This document shows positions 45,901-54,411 of a stretch of 64,000 bases of DNA, piece after piece. This stretch comes from a virus. Where the stretch lies: the IMG/VR virus record IMGVR_UViG_3300025133_000085, positions 6,438 to 70,437 of that record; one strand, given 5' to 3'. The translations under genes were made by a program, and so were the position numbers. The number at the start of each line of letters is the position of its first letter. The first letter of the stretch is position 1. The notes beneath the pieces were generated by a model. That model ran no database searches, was not told the origin of the DNA, and saw only the letters and a list, made by a program, of their open reading frames with translations.

Positions 45901-46589
45901 AAATGCTTAAACACCTCGTACGCAGCGGGACCACCGATACATGCTGTAGAAACAAGTAGGTGACCGCCTTCGGACGCCTCCTTAAGCATCTTATAATCCA
46001 CGCGAGGAAAGCGATAAAACCCTTCCGAGTACCCTCTCGATACCAGATGAAAAAGTCTATTCAGTCCTTCTGGGGTGCGTGGCAATACGACTAAGTGATG
46101 TCGTCTCTTAACGGGATCGTAAAACTTACCCGACTTCGACTCTTCCTCGTTTTCTACGGTAAATCCTTCACGGTCGACCTCAATACCCACGATGTCATCG
46201 TCTGCGTCAACGAGAGCGGTGAGGGGCGTAACAATCTTTTCTCGCTGTTCGCGAAGCGTACGAATCGCATCCTTATCACCTTTTTTCGCCGCGGCCGAAA
46301 TCTGGTGATCTAGGCGCCAAACGTCCAAGTCCGGATGCACATACATTTCGCAGCCTGGAATGAACTTAAAGTCTATTCCTTTTTTTCGAAGCTTTTGTGA
46401 GTGGAAATAGGCGTGACCAAACGAATTCATGTGACCGTGTTCCGTTAACGCCCACGCGTTCATACCGTTTTCCAAAATATAGTCGATGTGTTCTTGCGGG
46501 TACCCAAGTCCATCAAACGTAGAAAACCCAGAGTGGGCATGTAAACCTGTAAAGCGCTTAGGCGTTAGCTTACTCAATTGTCCTCCCAC
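42963..46589 (-). CDS. dnaE: DNA polymerase III alpha subunit (family C)
   Basis: PHP LHAHSGFS..DG, GPGRGSAAGSLVAY, PDIDSD, KHAGG, KFDLLGL, YGFNKAHA.SY. Confidence 0.95.
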   Translation of the reverse strand: MGGQLSKLTPKRFTGLHAHSGFSTFDGLGYPQEHIDYILENGMNAWALTEHGHMNSFGHAYFHSQKLRKKGIDFKFIPGCEMYVHPDLDVWRLDHQISAAAKKGDKDAIRTLREQREKIVTPLTALVDADDDIVGIEVDREGFTVENEEESKSGKFYDPVKRRHHLVVLPRTPEGLNRLFHLVSRGYSEGFYRFPRVDYKMLKEASEGGHLLVSTACIGGPAAYEVFKHLQNVEFDHLSANLYDTPGLSEKVLRGIGNVYDRLTNAVGPDAAFLELQFNRLPAQHLVNRALLDFAKQNGVEDKLIVTCDSHYSRPEHWREREIYKNLGWLNYRDMDPDKLPTSRDDLKCELYPKNAKQIWETYQDQKHNYDFYDDAVVCDAVERTYDIAHHMIGDIHPDTSMKLPDYVVPENMTEDDALLEACKRGLVERGLHKDPQYIDRLKTELVIIKQKSFSKYFLTMKAIMDIARDNMLIGPGRGSAAGSLVAYVLGITNIDPIEYGLLFSRFLSVHRQGAPDIDSDVADRDHLIDLLKQEFGGENIVPISNYNTFKLKSLVKDISRFYGIPFDEANRALAPVENDVKKAIFTRGMDKNMFVLLYEDAYKHSPTFRAFIDKYPEVAGPIQILFKQNKSLGKHAGGCIISERIAERMPLIRAKGEMQTPWVEGMNYKHLESLGWIKFDLLGLETLRIIQRTIELVLQRKEGIENPTFEQVRDWFDKHMDPKIIDMNDQRVYKNVYEEGRFPGVFQLAGRGARRLFMKAQPKNIIDIATLTSVYRPGPLAAKVDKLYITAKSNPDQVDYGHPLIKEVLESTYGMIIFQEQIMQLCSVVAGFPEEDTDQVRRGLLKRKASEKEANLESARKLQKRFVGGSVSNGVPRKIASDLYEKILYFAGYGFNKAHAVSYAVDSYYCAWLLTHYEEEWLCAYLEASSSNPKKRAKAIGELKGLGYEVVPIDVNYASTSWTILPGKKFMPSFLACKAVGTAAAREIVASRPYTCIEDLLWNEDGTWKHKKFNKGAMAALIKARAFDSLGVVGQDCVFENYRQFYDVVIDNYADLRKRKKTDPGFAQRVLREASLEAKDSPGWTPAEIATNYTGLFGAFSALDIVKPALIERLREKGIMSIDDVTTENDVYWFIVCKATPKKTKRGSPYLLLEVIGESGMQRRMFCWGWDGQTNVPPYSFAYSEAKTNDFGTATKWKRMKYRSLGA

Positions 46590-46990
46590 TTAGGATTATC
46601 TCGTTTTTTCGCTTTATTTTCAAGGCGTTGTATAATAATCTCGTGTTTTTTCACATACGAATCGAATAATTCTTTCTCGTCGATTCCAAGTAAGATGAGC
46701 ACAGCAAAGAAATAATTGACGGCGTCGACCATCTCTTCAAGGAACGCCGCCCTATCAAAATCCTCGTTGGTATCGGAGCGATGCGTCTTCCAGTTTTTTA
46801 GATGCTGGAGGGCTTCGAAAAGTTCCTCAACTCCCCGAAGGGTTGTTTCTCGAAGCGCCTGTTGGTTTTCGCGCTTTCGTATATCAACGGGCCACTCTGG
46901 ATAACAAGTCTCGTCATTTTCTCTAAGATCGTTCATAAACTGTTCACGTAATTTGAACATACGCTCAAGCATATCTGCGGGTCCGTTCAT
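46574..46990 (-). CDS. dimeric dUTPase/dCTPase (MazG-like, T4 gp56-type)
   Basis: EELFEA....NWK.H and FLEEMVDA..YF...Y..K....R. Confidence 0.75.
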   Translation of the reverse strand: MNGPADMLERMFKLREQFMNDLRENDETCYPEWPVDIRKRENQQALRETTLRGVEELFEALQHLKNWKTHRSDTNEDFDRAAFLEEMVDAVNYFFAVLILLGIDEKELFDSYVKKHEIIIQRLENKAKKRDNPKWEDN

Positions 46991-46998
46991 TTTTTCTC

Positions 46999-47229
46999 CT
47001 AAAACGGGTTTTGTCGACAGTAATCGATCAACTCGATAATTTGCTCGAAATCGTCGTCACTACATTCTTTATAACTTTTTCCCATCTTGTTTTTAATACA
47101 CTTATACAAATGCGCATAAGGATTGCGCGTCGCGTGATGTGGCGATGGAGGGAGTTTACCCTCAAGCTCTGCGCCCGCTGTAGCAATATTCTCCCGAATG
47201 ATTTTAGCGCGCGCTTCACTGAGTGGCAT
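46999..47229 (-). CDS. hypothetical protein
   Basis: H..RNPYAH...IK..MG.SYK.C.D; GAGGTG RBS. Confidence 0.6.
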   Translation of the reverse strand: MPLSEARAKIIRENIATAGAELEGKLPPSPHHATRNPYAHLYKCIKNKMGKSYKECSDDDFEQIIELIDYCRQNPF

Positions 47230-47476
47230 TTAACACCTCGAAACAATCTTGCATTGGGCGGTTTTGACGATCGAAAGCAAAAACTTTATTGCCTATTAGT
47301 AGTAGCGCCTCACACAACGCCATATCGAGTACCAAGCTTACTTCCCCTGGCTCAAGAAATACAACCCACGGAACACGACCCATGTGAGGTAACAACCTCT
47401 GGTTATCAATCACCTCGACCACGGAGCACGAATTAACGCAACGAATAATCGAGCCTGATGTAAAAAGACTAGCCAT
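47216..47476 (-). CDS. hypothetical protein
   Basis: 86-aa ORF with GAGG upstream. Confidence 0.4.
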   Translation of the reverse strand: MASLFTSGSIIRCVNSCSVVEVIDNQRLLPHMGRVPWVVFLEPGEVSLVLDMALCEALLLIGNKVFAFDRQNRPMQDCFEVLNATQ

Positions 47477-47495
47477 CTCTGGCCCTCACATCGGT

Positions 47496-47524
47496 TCGTG
47501 ATCTTACGAAACCGAAGATCACGA
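47496..47524. other. intergenic hairpin
   Basis: tcgtgatctt / aagatcacga perfect 10-bp inverted repeat. Confidence 0.5.
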
Positions 47525-47572
47525 GTATCTCATTCGATGTATGTTACGATAAGCCTCACGGGAAAAGCGAGA

Positions 47573-47803
47573 CTACGTAAGTTCGACGCTTAGCTGCGCC
47601 GCCTCTTGCGCCATCCTATTAATGGTCGCCTCAAGATGCTCAACGAAATCCGGGTGAGGATACGCGATGCTATCTTCGACGACCAATTTAAGTGTGCGAA
47701 GGTGATCCGTCACGTCCGTCCCTGACAAAATAGCCAATTGCAAAAGACGCGCTATTTCTGCGATTGTTGGATCACCCAACGTGATAGTGTCATTATTAGA
47801 CAT
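47573..47803 (-). CDS. hypothetical protein
   Basis: AGGAG RBS; own promoter at 47827-47856. Confidence 0.6.
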   Translation of the reverse strand: MSNNDTITLGDPTIAEIARLLQLAILSGTDVTDHLRTLKLVVEDSIAYPHPDFVEHLEATINRMAQEAAQLSVELT

Positions 47804-47826
47804 TCTTTCTCCTTTTAAGCAGTTCT

Positions 47827-47856
47827 ATTGTAGTTTCGAAACGTAAGTTTGTTCAC
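47827..47856 (-). promoter_or_regulatory. sigma70-type promoter
   Basis: GTGAAC-18-TACAAT. Confidence 0.5.
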
Positions 47857-47859
47857 CGT

Positions 47860-48249
47860 TTATTTCGATTGATCTCTTAAAGATCGTAGTCTCTCAATGG
47901 TAGACGAGCTACCATAAACGAACTCTAGAATCCCTATCGAAAAACCTTGCGCATCATCATAACACACTAGACCATCATTCATCATCATTTTTATTCTGGT
48001 ACAATTCGTCGATTTTTCCTTCCAACTACTCGTCGTCGATGGCTTAAGCCAAATCGAAAAATCGCCATCCAAAATCCAAAAGATAGTATCGTGGTGAACG
48101 CCTACACCAATCACCTTACAAGGTAACGATTTACAAAAATCATGATAGCCCATAGGGTTATTGCTATGTGCGATCTCAACCTTTTCCAGTGTTCGATTTG
48201 AACATCTTTTTGCAAGTGCTTCGGCACTATCATGCTGTTCATGTTGCAT
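47860..48249 (-). pseudogene. degenerate Fpg/Nei glycosylase N-terminal-like fragment
   Basis: KVIGVGVH..TIFW...W......R......L...D...F pattern; no N-terminal PE motif, H2TH or Zn finger. Confidence 0.35.
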
Positions 48250-48436
48250 TCTTGAGATACACCTCTCGCATGTGCCAACTGCGATAGTGGTTTAACGCGC
48301 GATCCTCCGGTTTCGCCTCCAGTCGCTTTCGACTCGTTTGATTGAGTAACTGACAACAGACGAGCACCCTGTATTCGTCACCGGGATAATGTTCTTGAAT
48401 CAGACCGTATGGTGAAAGCGGTGCAACGTATTTCAC
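48239..48436 (-). pseudogene. internally deleted MBD4-like HhH-GPD DNA glycosylase
   Basis: N-terminal SPYGLIQE...LLNQT joined directly to C-terminal PEDRALNHYRSW; HhH core missing. Confidence 0.55.
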
Positions 48437-48858
48437 AATAACCTTGGGAGTAAGAGACCGACGCCGTTGAAGCAGATGTGTGCAACGACCCCGGGCTTTA
48501 TGTTCCCTTCAGTATACCTCAAGTAACTCAAATATACGGCGAAAGGCAGTAAAAAAAACGCCGCGTCCGCAGAGTGTAAGAAGGAAAAAGCAATCGCCGT
48601 CAAAATCGCCGCAGCTTTGTCGTTCCAAAAATAGGCGATCGCTTTCCACAACAAGCCACGAAAAATGACTTCTTCGAAAAACGGTACCACGATAATCGTC
48701 AATAAATAAAAGAGGATGATGGCAAACGTTGGAGCCGACTCAAGAAACGTAGCAATCGCCTCGGACGCTTCCGAGCTTGTCACGAATAGTTTTTGAACGT
48801 ACGACAAGCCTAGGTTTAGAAAGATAGCTATAGCCACGATTTGTAAGTACTTTACCAT
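48433..48858 (-). CDS. CPBP/CAAX-family intramembrane metalloprotease
   Basis: EEVIFRG, FSFLH, AHICFN with TM helices. Confidence 0.85.
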   Translation of the reverse strand: MVKYLQIVAIAIFLNLGLSYVQKLFVTSSEASEAIATFLESAPTFAIILFYLLTIIVVPFFEEVIFRGLLWKAIAYFWNDKAAAILTAIAFSFLHSADAAFFLLPFAVYLSYLRYTEGNIKPGVVAHICFNGVGLLLPRLL

Positions 48859-49211
48859 TAGCTCTCGTTTGCTTGCGTGAGTTTTTCAGTTAGCTTATCA
48901 ACAGTTCGTTGTAGCTTTTCCCTTTCTTCTCGGAGATACTGGACTTCCACCCTAAGCGCAGCAGTCTCTTCCGATAAAGTTCTAAGCTTTTCCATCAAGT
49001 CGTCTCGATCTTTTCGAGATCCCTCTAGCTTACTTTCCAAAACAGCAACCCTTTCCCTTAAGTCGTCTCTATAAATGTATTTTTGTTCACGCTCTTTTTC
49101 CTGTTCGGCGTTTTTGAGCTCCAGCTTTTTCTGATAATACTGCCAAGCGGAGGCACCACCTAACGTTCCAATGACGGCGATCAAAAGAGTTATGATATCA
49201 CTTTGTTCCAC
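48858..49211 (-). CDS. TM + coiled-coil protein (lysis module candidate)
   Basis: N-terminal TM, long heptad repeat, downstream of the endolysin. Confidence 0.55.
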   Translation of the reverse strand: MEQSDIITLLIAVIGTLGGASAWQYYQKKLELKNAEQEKEREQKYIYRDDLRERVAVLESKLEGSRKDRDDLMEKLRTLSEETAALRVEVQYLREEREKLQRTVDKLTEKLTQANES

Positions 49212-49584
49212 GATTACATCTCCCCCTAATTTCCCTTATCATTCTCTGTCGACCGACCCTCCACCAGATGTATCCGATTACGAAGTTCTGTAATACATGA
49301 CCTGCATCAATATGATAGTGACGAAACTCGATAAAGTTCAGCGCCGTTAGATTAACGAGCGCCAACAACAAACCGGTTTCCCGGGCTCTTATGTTTCGGC
49401 GCCCAAGACCCCACAAAATGCTTAGCGCGGCAACCACGCCCAATGCGCACCAACCATGTGGGACGCACAACTCGGCGTAATGCGTGGGGTTCACGATTAT
49501 AAGCACCAAACAAAGCACCAGTTCGAGAAGCTCACTGTCGGAAAACACGAGAACGTCCCTTATGTTATGGACGAACTTTCTCAA
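49198..49584 (-). CDS. multi-TM protein (holin candidate)
   Basis: 3-4 TM helices, basic C-terminus, overlapping the endolysin stop. Confidence 0.45.
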   Translation of the reverse strand: MRKFVHNIRDVLVFSDSELLELVLCLVLIIVNPTHYAELCVPHGWCALGVVAALSILWGLGRRNIRARETGLLLALVNLTALNFIEFRHYHIDAGHVLQNFVIGYIWWRVGRQRMIREIRGRCNRGTK

Positions 49585-50480
49585 ACCAACTCCTTCGCGG
49601 CTTCCAATATTTTCTCGTTATCCAAACCCGCACAATCTATTTTGTTGAGCGTCACGTGGTAATGGTTGAGGAAACCAGAAAATCTACCTGCTACCACCTC
49701 AGGTGAGATCGCGTGGTCCTCCACCGGCAGCTCGAATGGAGTATCTGTACACGAATGAATCGCTTCCCATAGGGCGGCAAGAGCCTTCAGCTGAATCGGA
49801 TAAAACCCAAGAAAATTCTCAAGTTCTCTCCCGTGAACCTTAACGTCACTAAGTATGGGTCTTTCACCAAACCCTCTGGAAACGTATGTATCCTGATATT
49901 TCGTATAATAAACGTTTGAGATCTCCACGCCTACCGAGGCGTGATTAACTTTACTATTACCCGCATGCCAACCAGCGTGTTGCATGTCGAGCAGTTGATA
50001 GATCGTACCGTCGTTGTCAATACAAAAATGAACCGAAACGCCCCTGTTGTTAAGCACTCGGGCGCACGTCTTCGAATCCAAACACACGTCCCAGTGATTG
50101 ACAAACATTTTAATGGGACGAGTTGGCTTCCCCGCGTAAGATGAGTAAGCACCTTCGCGAATGATTAACCCTCCGTCATCGAACCAGTGGACGACCTTCT
50201 TCCATTTAATGGGAAAAAATTCGCCGTTATAAACGATATGATCGCTGTACGTCGATGGGCCCGGATCAAAGTCGTTCATTTTTACCATGCGATCTGCGTA
50301 CACACGCCGGAAAGTACCAGGACCGCATAAGCCGTCGGCCGTGATGTGGTGCTCGACCTGAAACTGGACAATGTTGCTGATTAGAATATCATCGAAGTCA
50401 TTCGCGTCAAACCAGGACGGTTTCCAACCTAGTTCGACGGACGTCTTCTTGTTATACTCTAATTGTCGTTGCGTGGCCAT
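49581..50480 (-). CDS. endolysin: PG-binding domain + N-acetylmuramoyl-L-alanine amidase
   Basis: FQ..H.ITADG.CGP.T; VNHW, SVHF.ID.DGTIYQ, WHAG..N..SVGVE, H......K.DC. Confidence 0.85.
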   Translation of the reverse strand: MATQRQLEYNKKTSVELGWKPSWFDANDFDDILISNIVQFQVEHHITADGLCGPGTFRRVYADRMVKMNDFDPGPSTYSDHIVYNGEFFPIKWKKVVHWFDDGGLIIREGAYSSYAGKPTRPIKMFVNHWDVCLDSKTCARVLNNRGVSVHFCIDNDGTIYQLLDMQHAGWHAGNSKVNHASVGVEISNVYYTKYQDTYVSRGFGERPILSDVKVHGRELENFLGFYPIQLKALAALWEAIHSCTDTPFELPVEDHAISPEVVAGRFSGFLNHYHVTLNKIDCAGLDNEKILEAAKELV

Positions 50481-50511
50481 TGCAGATAACTATTTCGCTC
50501 GCGACGATAAC

Positions 50512-52995
50512 TTAACCGCACTTACCGTACCCGCAACTTAAGCAGGTGATACAACCCTCTTGGTACGTGAGAGATTCTTCGCCACACTCAGTACATTTCT
50601 TTCCACCGCCCGGTTCAGTACCGTCCTTGATGAAACGCTTAAGAACCCGACTGATTACCTTCGCAAAAGAAAATAGATCGGCATCACGATCCTTTAACAG
50701 TTGTTCCACGATATATTGAATCGATGCCCCATGCCGCAGCGCTAACGATATCATTCGGGTGAACCCAGCGTAGTTCGGGTTGTCAAAAACCCTGACGACG
50801 TCTTTGATCATCACCTCGTCTCCGTTCTCACCAAAAATTAGGTCATAAATGCTGTTACGCGTCTTTCTGTGACGCTTCTTAATTGAGCCGGTTGAATACT
50901 TAGACGGAATCTCAACAAACTCTGCAAGGCCACCCAGCACCTCATAGGGCTTATCATCGAGCACCCCTACCAAGATGGTCCACTTTTCGCCCTTAATAGT
51001 GGCATGGTGAATCTCGCAAGGTAACACGACGGGACGCTTAGGGGCGCTGTGGTTCACAAACTTAATGTGTTCACGCGATTTTGGTTCTTCCTTCTTGACC
51101 AACACACCACTTCGCGATCCTTCACGATATACCGTAAAGCCCTTACAACCCGACGCCCACGCCTCCATGTAAACATCACCGACCAAGTCCTTACTCACGT
51201 CCGCCGGAAGGTTGCAGGTTTTCGAGATACCATGACACACCCATCGTTGCGCCGCGGCTTGGATCTTTACCGATTGTACCCAGTCGATTTCTGGGCTTGT
51301 CGAACCCCAGTACGGACATGTGTCGTCGACCTCTGTTTTGCCAGTAACCTCCATCCACCTCTTTACGCCGTGATGATAAACAGTAAACTCCTGCCACTTA
51401 TCGCCCATATCATCTACAAAATCAACCCGAGTATCTGCATCGTGCTCAACAATCTTTTTCCTACGAGTATGATCGATCATATACACCGGCTCGATACCGG
51501 ACGTGGTTTGTGTCAAACAAGAAACAGAACCGACGGGTGCGGTTGTTAAAAGCGCGATGTTTCTTCGACCATACTTCACGCGTAACTCATTAATCTCATT
51601 AGGCAATTCTGCATGAATTCGATCGAGGTACTTGTTCCCTTCCTCGAGGGACGCATCATACACAGGAAATGCCCCTCGCTCTTTCGCCATTATGATCGAA
51701 GATGTATAGGACGCAATAGCATGCGCGCGGTAAATCCTGTCGGTCATCTCGATCGATTCATCGCTCCCGTATCTAATACCCAATGCAGCCAGCGTGTCGC
51801 CGACCGCGGTTGGCCCCAAACCTGTACGGCGACCGCCCAACGACGCGGCACGAATCTTGTTCCATAAGTCGACCTCGATCCGTTTTACGTAAGAAGCTTC
51901 GGGATCACCATCTATCTTTCGTAGAATCTTATCAATCGCTTCGATTTCCAGATCGACAAGATCATCCATTAATCGTTGGGCTTTTATCACATTTTCATGA
52001 AATGCATCGAAATCGAAAATAGCATTCGATGTAAACGGATTTTGCACGTACTTGATCAGGTTGTTCACCATAAGCCGACAACTATCATACGGGCTTAGCG
52101 GTATCTCCGCGCAAGGATTCGTCGCAGAAGTACGATAGCCAACATCACGATAACAATCCGCGGGACCCTCGGTTACGCGATCCCAAAATAGAGCACCAGG
52201 CTCTGCACATTCCCATGCAGCATCGATGAACTTTTCCCAAATCTCAAGGGCACGAACCGGCTTTACAAGGATAGCGTCTTCCACGCTCGCCTCGACGGGC
52301 CACCTCAAAACATACTCTTCGTCGTTTTTAACGCACTCCATAAACTCGTCATTAAAACGAACGGATATATTCGCGCCGGTAACTTTTTTTCTATCTCGCT
52401 TAATATCGATGAACGTCTCGATTTCTGGGTGTCGACAATCGATCGTAATCATCAAAGCGCCGCGGCGACCTCCCTGGGCAACTTCGCGACAAGAGTTCGA
52501 AAATCTTTCCATAAACACAGCGAGACCATCGGTCGTGCGCGCAGCGTTCGCCGTTGTTTGTCCTTTGGGTCGGATTCTACTCACGTCGAACCCAACACCC
52601 CCGCGCCTCTTCATAATCTGAACTTGCTCCTGATCGGTAAAGAGAATACCGCCATACGAGTCCTCGGGTGGCGCCACGACGAAACAGTTAGAAAGACTTT
52701 GGACCTGCGACGTATTACCGACGCCACTCAGGGGTGAGCCCTGGGGTACAACAAGCCATGAAGAAAAAAGACGATAGATCTCTTTCACGCTCATCGGGTT
52801 CGGATACTTCGATTCAGCCCTTGCAAATTCTTTAGCAAGACGTCGATGCATATCGTCAGGCGTTAACTCCAGCACTCCACCGTTACCATCGGGGAGCGCA
52901 TACTTTCCGGAAAACACGTTTCCCGCCAGTTCATCTCCAGAAAAATATTCAACGCTCGCCTTAAACGCGTCGTTAACGGAAATACTTTGGTTCAT
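50512..52995 (-). CDS. nrdJ: ribonucleotide reductase class II (adenosylcobalamin-dependent)
   Basis: LSNCFV, RRGGVG, TNPCAE, APVGSVS, ISKTCN, KGFTVYR, C-terminal Cys pairs; no ATP cone and no NrdB neighbour. Confidence 0.88.
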   Translation of the reverse strand: MNQSISVNDAFKASVEYFSGDELAGNVFSGKYALPDGNGGVLELTPDDMHRRLAKEFARAESKYPNPMSVKEIYRLFSSWLVVPQGSPLSGVGNTSQVQSLSNCFVVAPPEDSYGGILFTDQEQVQIMKRRGGVGFDVSRIRPKGQTTANAARTTDGLAVFMERFSNSCREVAQGGRRGALMITIDCRHPEIETFIDIKRDRKKVTGANISVRFNDEFMECVKNDEEYVLRWPVEASVEDAILVKPVRALEIWEKFIDAAWECAEPGALFWDRVTEGPADCYRDVGYRTSATNPCAEIPLSPYDSCRLMVNNLIKYVQNPFTSNAIFDFDAFHENVIKAQRLMDDLVDLEIEAIDKILRKIDGDPEASYVKRIEVDLWNKIRAASLGGRRTGLGPTAVGDTLAALGIRYGSDESIEMTDRIYRAHAIASYTSSIIMAKERGAFPVYDASLEEGNKYLDRIHAELPNEINELRVKYGRRNIALLTTAPVGSVSCLTQTTSGIEPVYMIDHTRRKKIVEHDADTRVDFVDDMGDKWQEFTVYHHGVKRWMEVTGKTEVDDTCPYWGSTSPEIDWVQSVKIQAAAQRWVCHGISKTCNLPADVSKDLVGDVYMEAWASGCKGFTVYREGSRSGVLVKKEEPKSREHIKFVNHSAPKRPVVLPCEIHHATIKGEKWTILVGVLDDKPYEVLGGLAEFVEIPSKYSTGSIKKRHRKTRNSIYDLIFGENGDEVMIKDVVRVFDNPNYAGFTRMISLALRHGASIQYIVEQLLKDRDADLFSFAKVISRVLKRFIKDGTEPGGGKKCTECGEESLTYQEGCITCLSCGYGKCG

Positions 52996-54408
52996 CTAAT
53001 CACCAGTTTCCTTCAGCTGCTTGGTTACCTCGTGCCACTTCGCTCGAAGTAAATCCTTAGCAGCGCCCGCGTCTTGACTAACGGCTTCGTTCAGCGTTAA
53101 CTCGGATTCATCTAGTAATGTAATTCGAGACTGTGCTGTGTTAATGATCATGGGAAACAAAATCCCATCCCGACCGGCTCGGTTCTTCGCGATAAACAAC
53201 CGACCGTGACCAGTGGCTTTCTCCTGCGCTTTACGAGAAAGCGACACCACGACGTCGGCGACCATCGCTTTTCCGTACGCTTCCGACATATTTTCGAGTC
53301 CCACGATATCGCTATTAGCGGAGTCCCTATTCGCTTGACTAGCCGTCCAAATGGGAACGTTTAGTTCCATCGCGAGGTTACGAAGTTCTTCGTAAATAAG
53401 CTTAAGCTCGTGTCTCAACGAATCATAAGACTTCGTCGACTTCATGATGTCCGCGTAATCGACAATGATCAAGCTCGGTCTAAACCCCTTAAGCGAAAGC
53501 TTCTCGATATGGTTACGAATCGTGATAACCGACGCAGATCCTGTCGGATACTCTTTGATGATGAGGCGTCCCATCTCGTTGTTTTCGTAAAAATCAAACA
53601 CCTCCTTTTTCGAAGGTATCAGCTTGTTGATATCGATATTGGCTAGATTCGAATCGTACCTTCGACCGACAGCCGTCTCCGTAAGCTCGAAAGTATAGTG
53701 CAACACGTTCTTACCAACGCTTAGCGCGTGCGCGCCCATCGCGACCAGGTAGTGAGATTTTCCAACGCCCGTATTTGCGGTAACGACACCGATCTCGCCA
53801 CGACCGAGACCACCATCCAGGATATCGGGAGCATCGATACGCTTGAGACCGGTTGGACATGGCACCCTATGCGTCGCGACGAATCGAGCCTCGATGTCCT
53901 CCATGAAATCGTGCCCAATTGAATGGGGCATACCCACAGACACGGCATTCTTCATGAGACCAATAACACTATCGAACTTTTCCGTCTGAATCAACTCGAC
54001 GGCTTTGTGAAGCGCGTCCTTAAACGCCTGACGCTTACAAAAATCAAGAGTCTTATCTTTGACGTATCCGATATCACCCGGGTGAGGATTCGATTTAACG
54101 CGATGTAAAAACTCTACGATCTGGTCTCGAAGAATGACGTCGTTGCCCTCTGACAAATCGTCCTTGATGATAGTAATCAACAGAGGAAGCGTGGGGAAAG
54201 CCTTATACTGCGTATAGTACCGGAAGTAAAGCCTGGTCAGATATTTCAAATAAGTAAGTTCGAAAAAATCGGGCAGCATCACCTCGTACATTTGGTTCGC
54301 CCATTCGCGATCTAGTAGCAAAGCCTGGAATATCTTTTCCTGAAAGGGCTTTCCGTAATGTGAGAAACAGGATGCGTTTCCTGTAAAATCAAGCGCCGCG
54401 TCGTGCAT
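52996..54408 (-). CDS. replicative DNA helicase (DnaB/gp41-like)
   Basis: ANTGVGKS, FEL, IVDYAD, TASQANR, KNRAG. Confidence 0.9.
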   Translation of the reverse strand: MHDAALDFTGNASCFSHYGKPFQEKIFQALLLDREWANQMYEVMLPDFFELTYLKYLTRLYFRYYTQYKAFPTLPLLITIIKDDLSEGNDVILRDQIVEFLHRVKSNPHPGDIGYVKDKTLDFCKRQAFKDALHKAVELIQTEKFDSVIGLMKNAVSVGMPHSIGHDFMEDIEARFVATHRVPCPTGLKRIDAPDILDGGLGRGEIGVVTANTGVGKSHYLVAMGAHALSVGKNVLHYTFELTETAVGRRYDSNLANIDINKLIPSKKEVFDFYENNEMGRLIIKEYPTGSASVITIRNHIEKLSLKGFRPSLIIVDYADIMKSTKSYDSLRHELKLIYEELRNLAMELNVPIWTASQANRDSANSDIVGLENMSEAYGKAMVADVVVSLSRKAQEKATGHGRLFIAKNRAGRDGILFPMIINTAQSRITLLDESELTLNEAVSQDAGAAKDLLRAKWHEVTKQLKETGD

Positions 54409-54411
54409 CGT

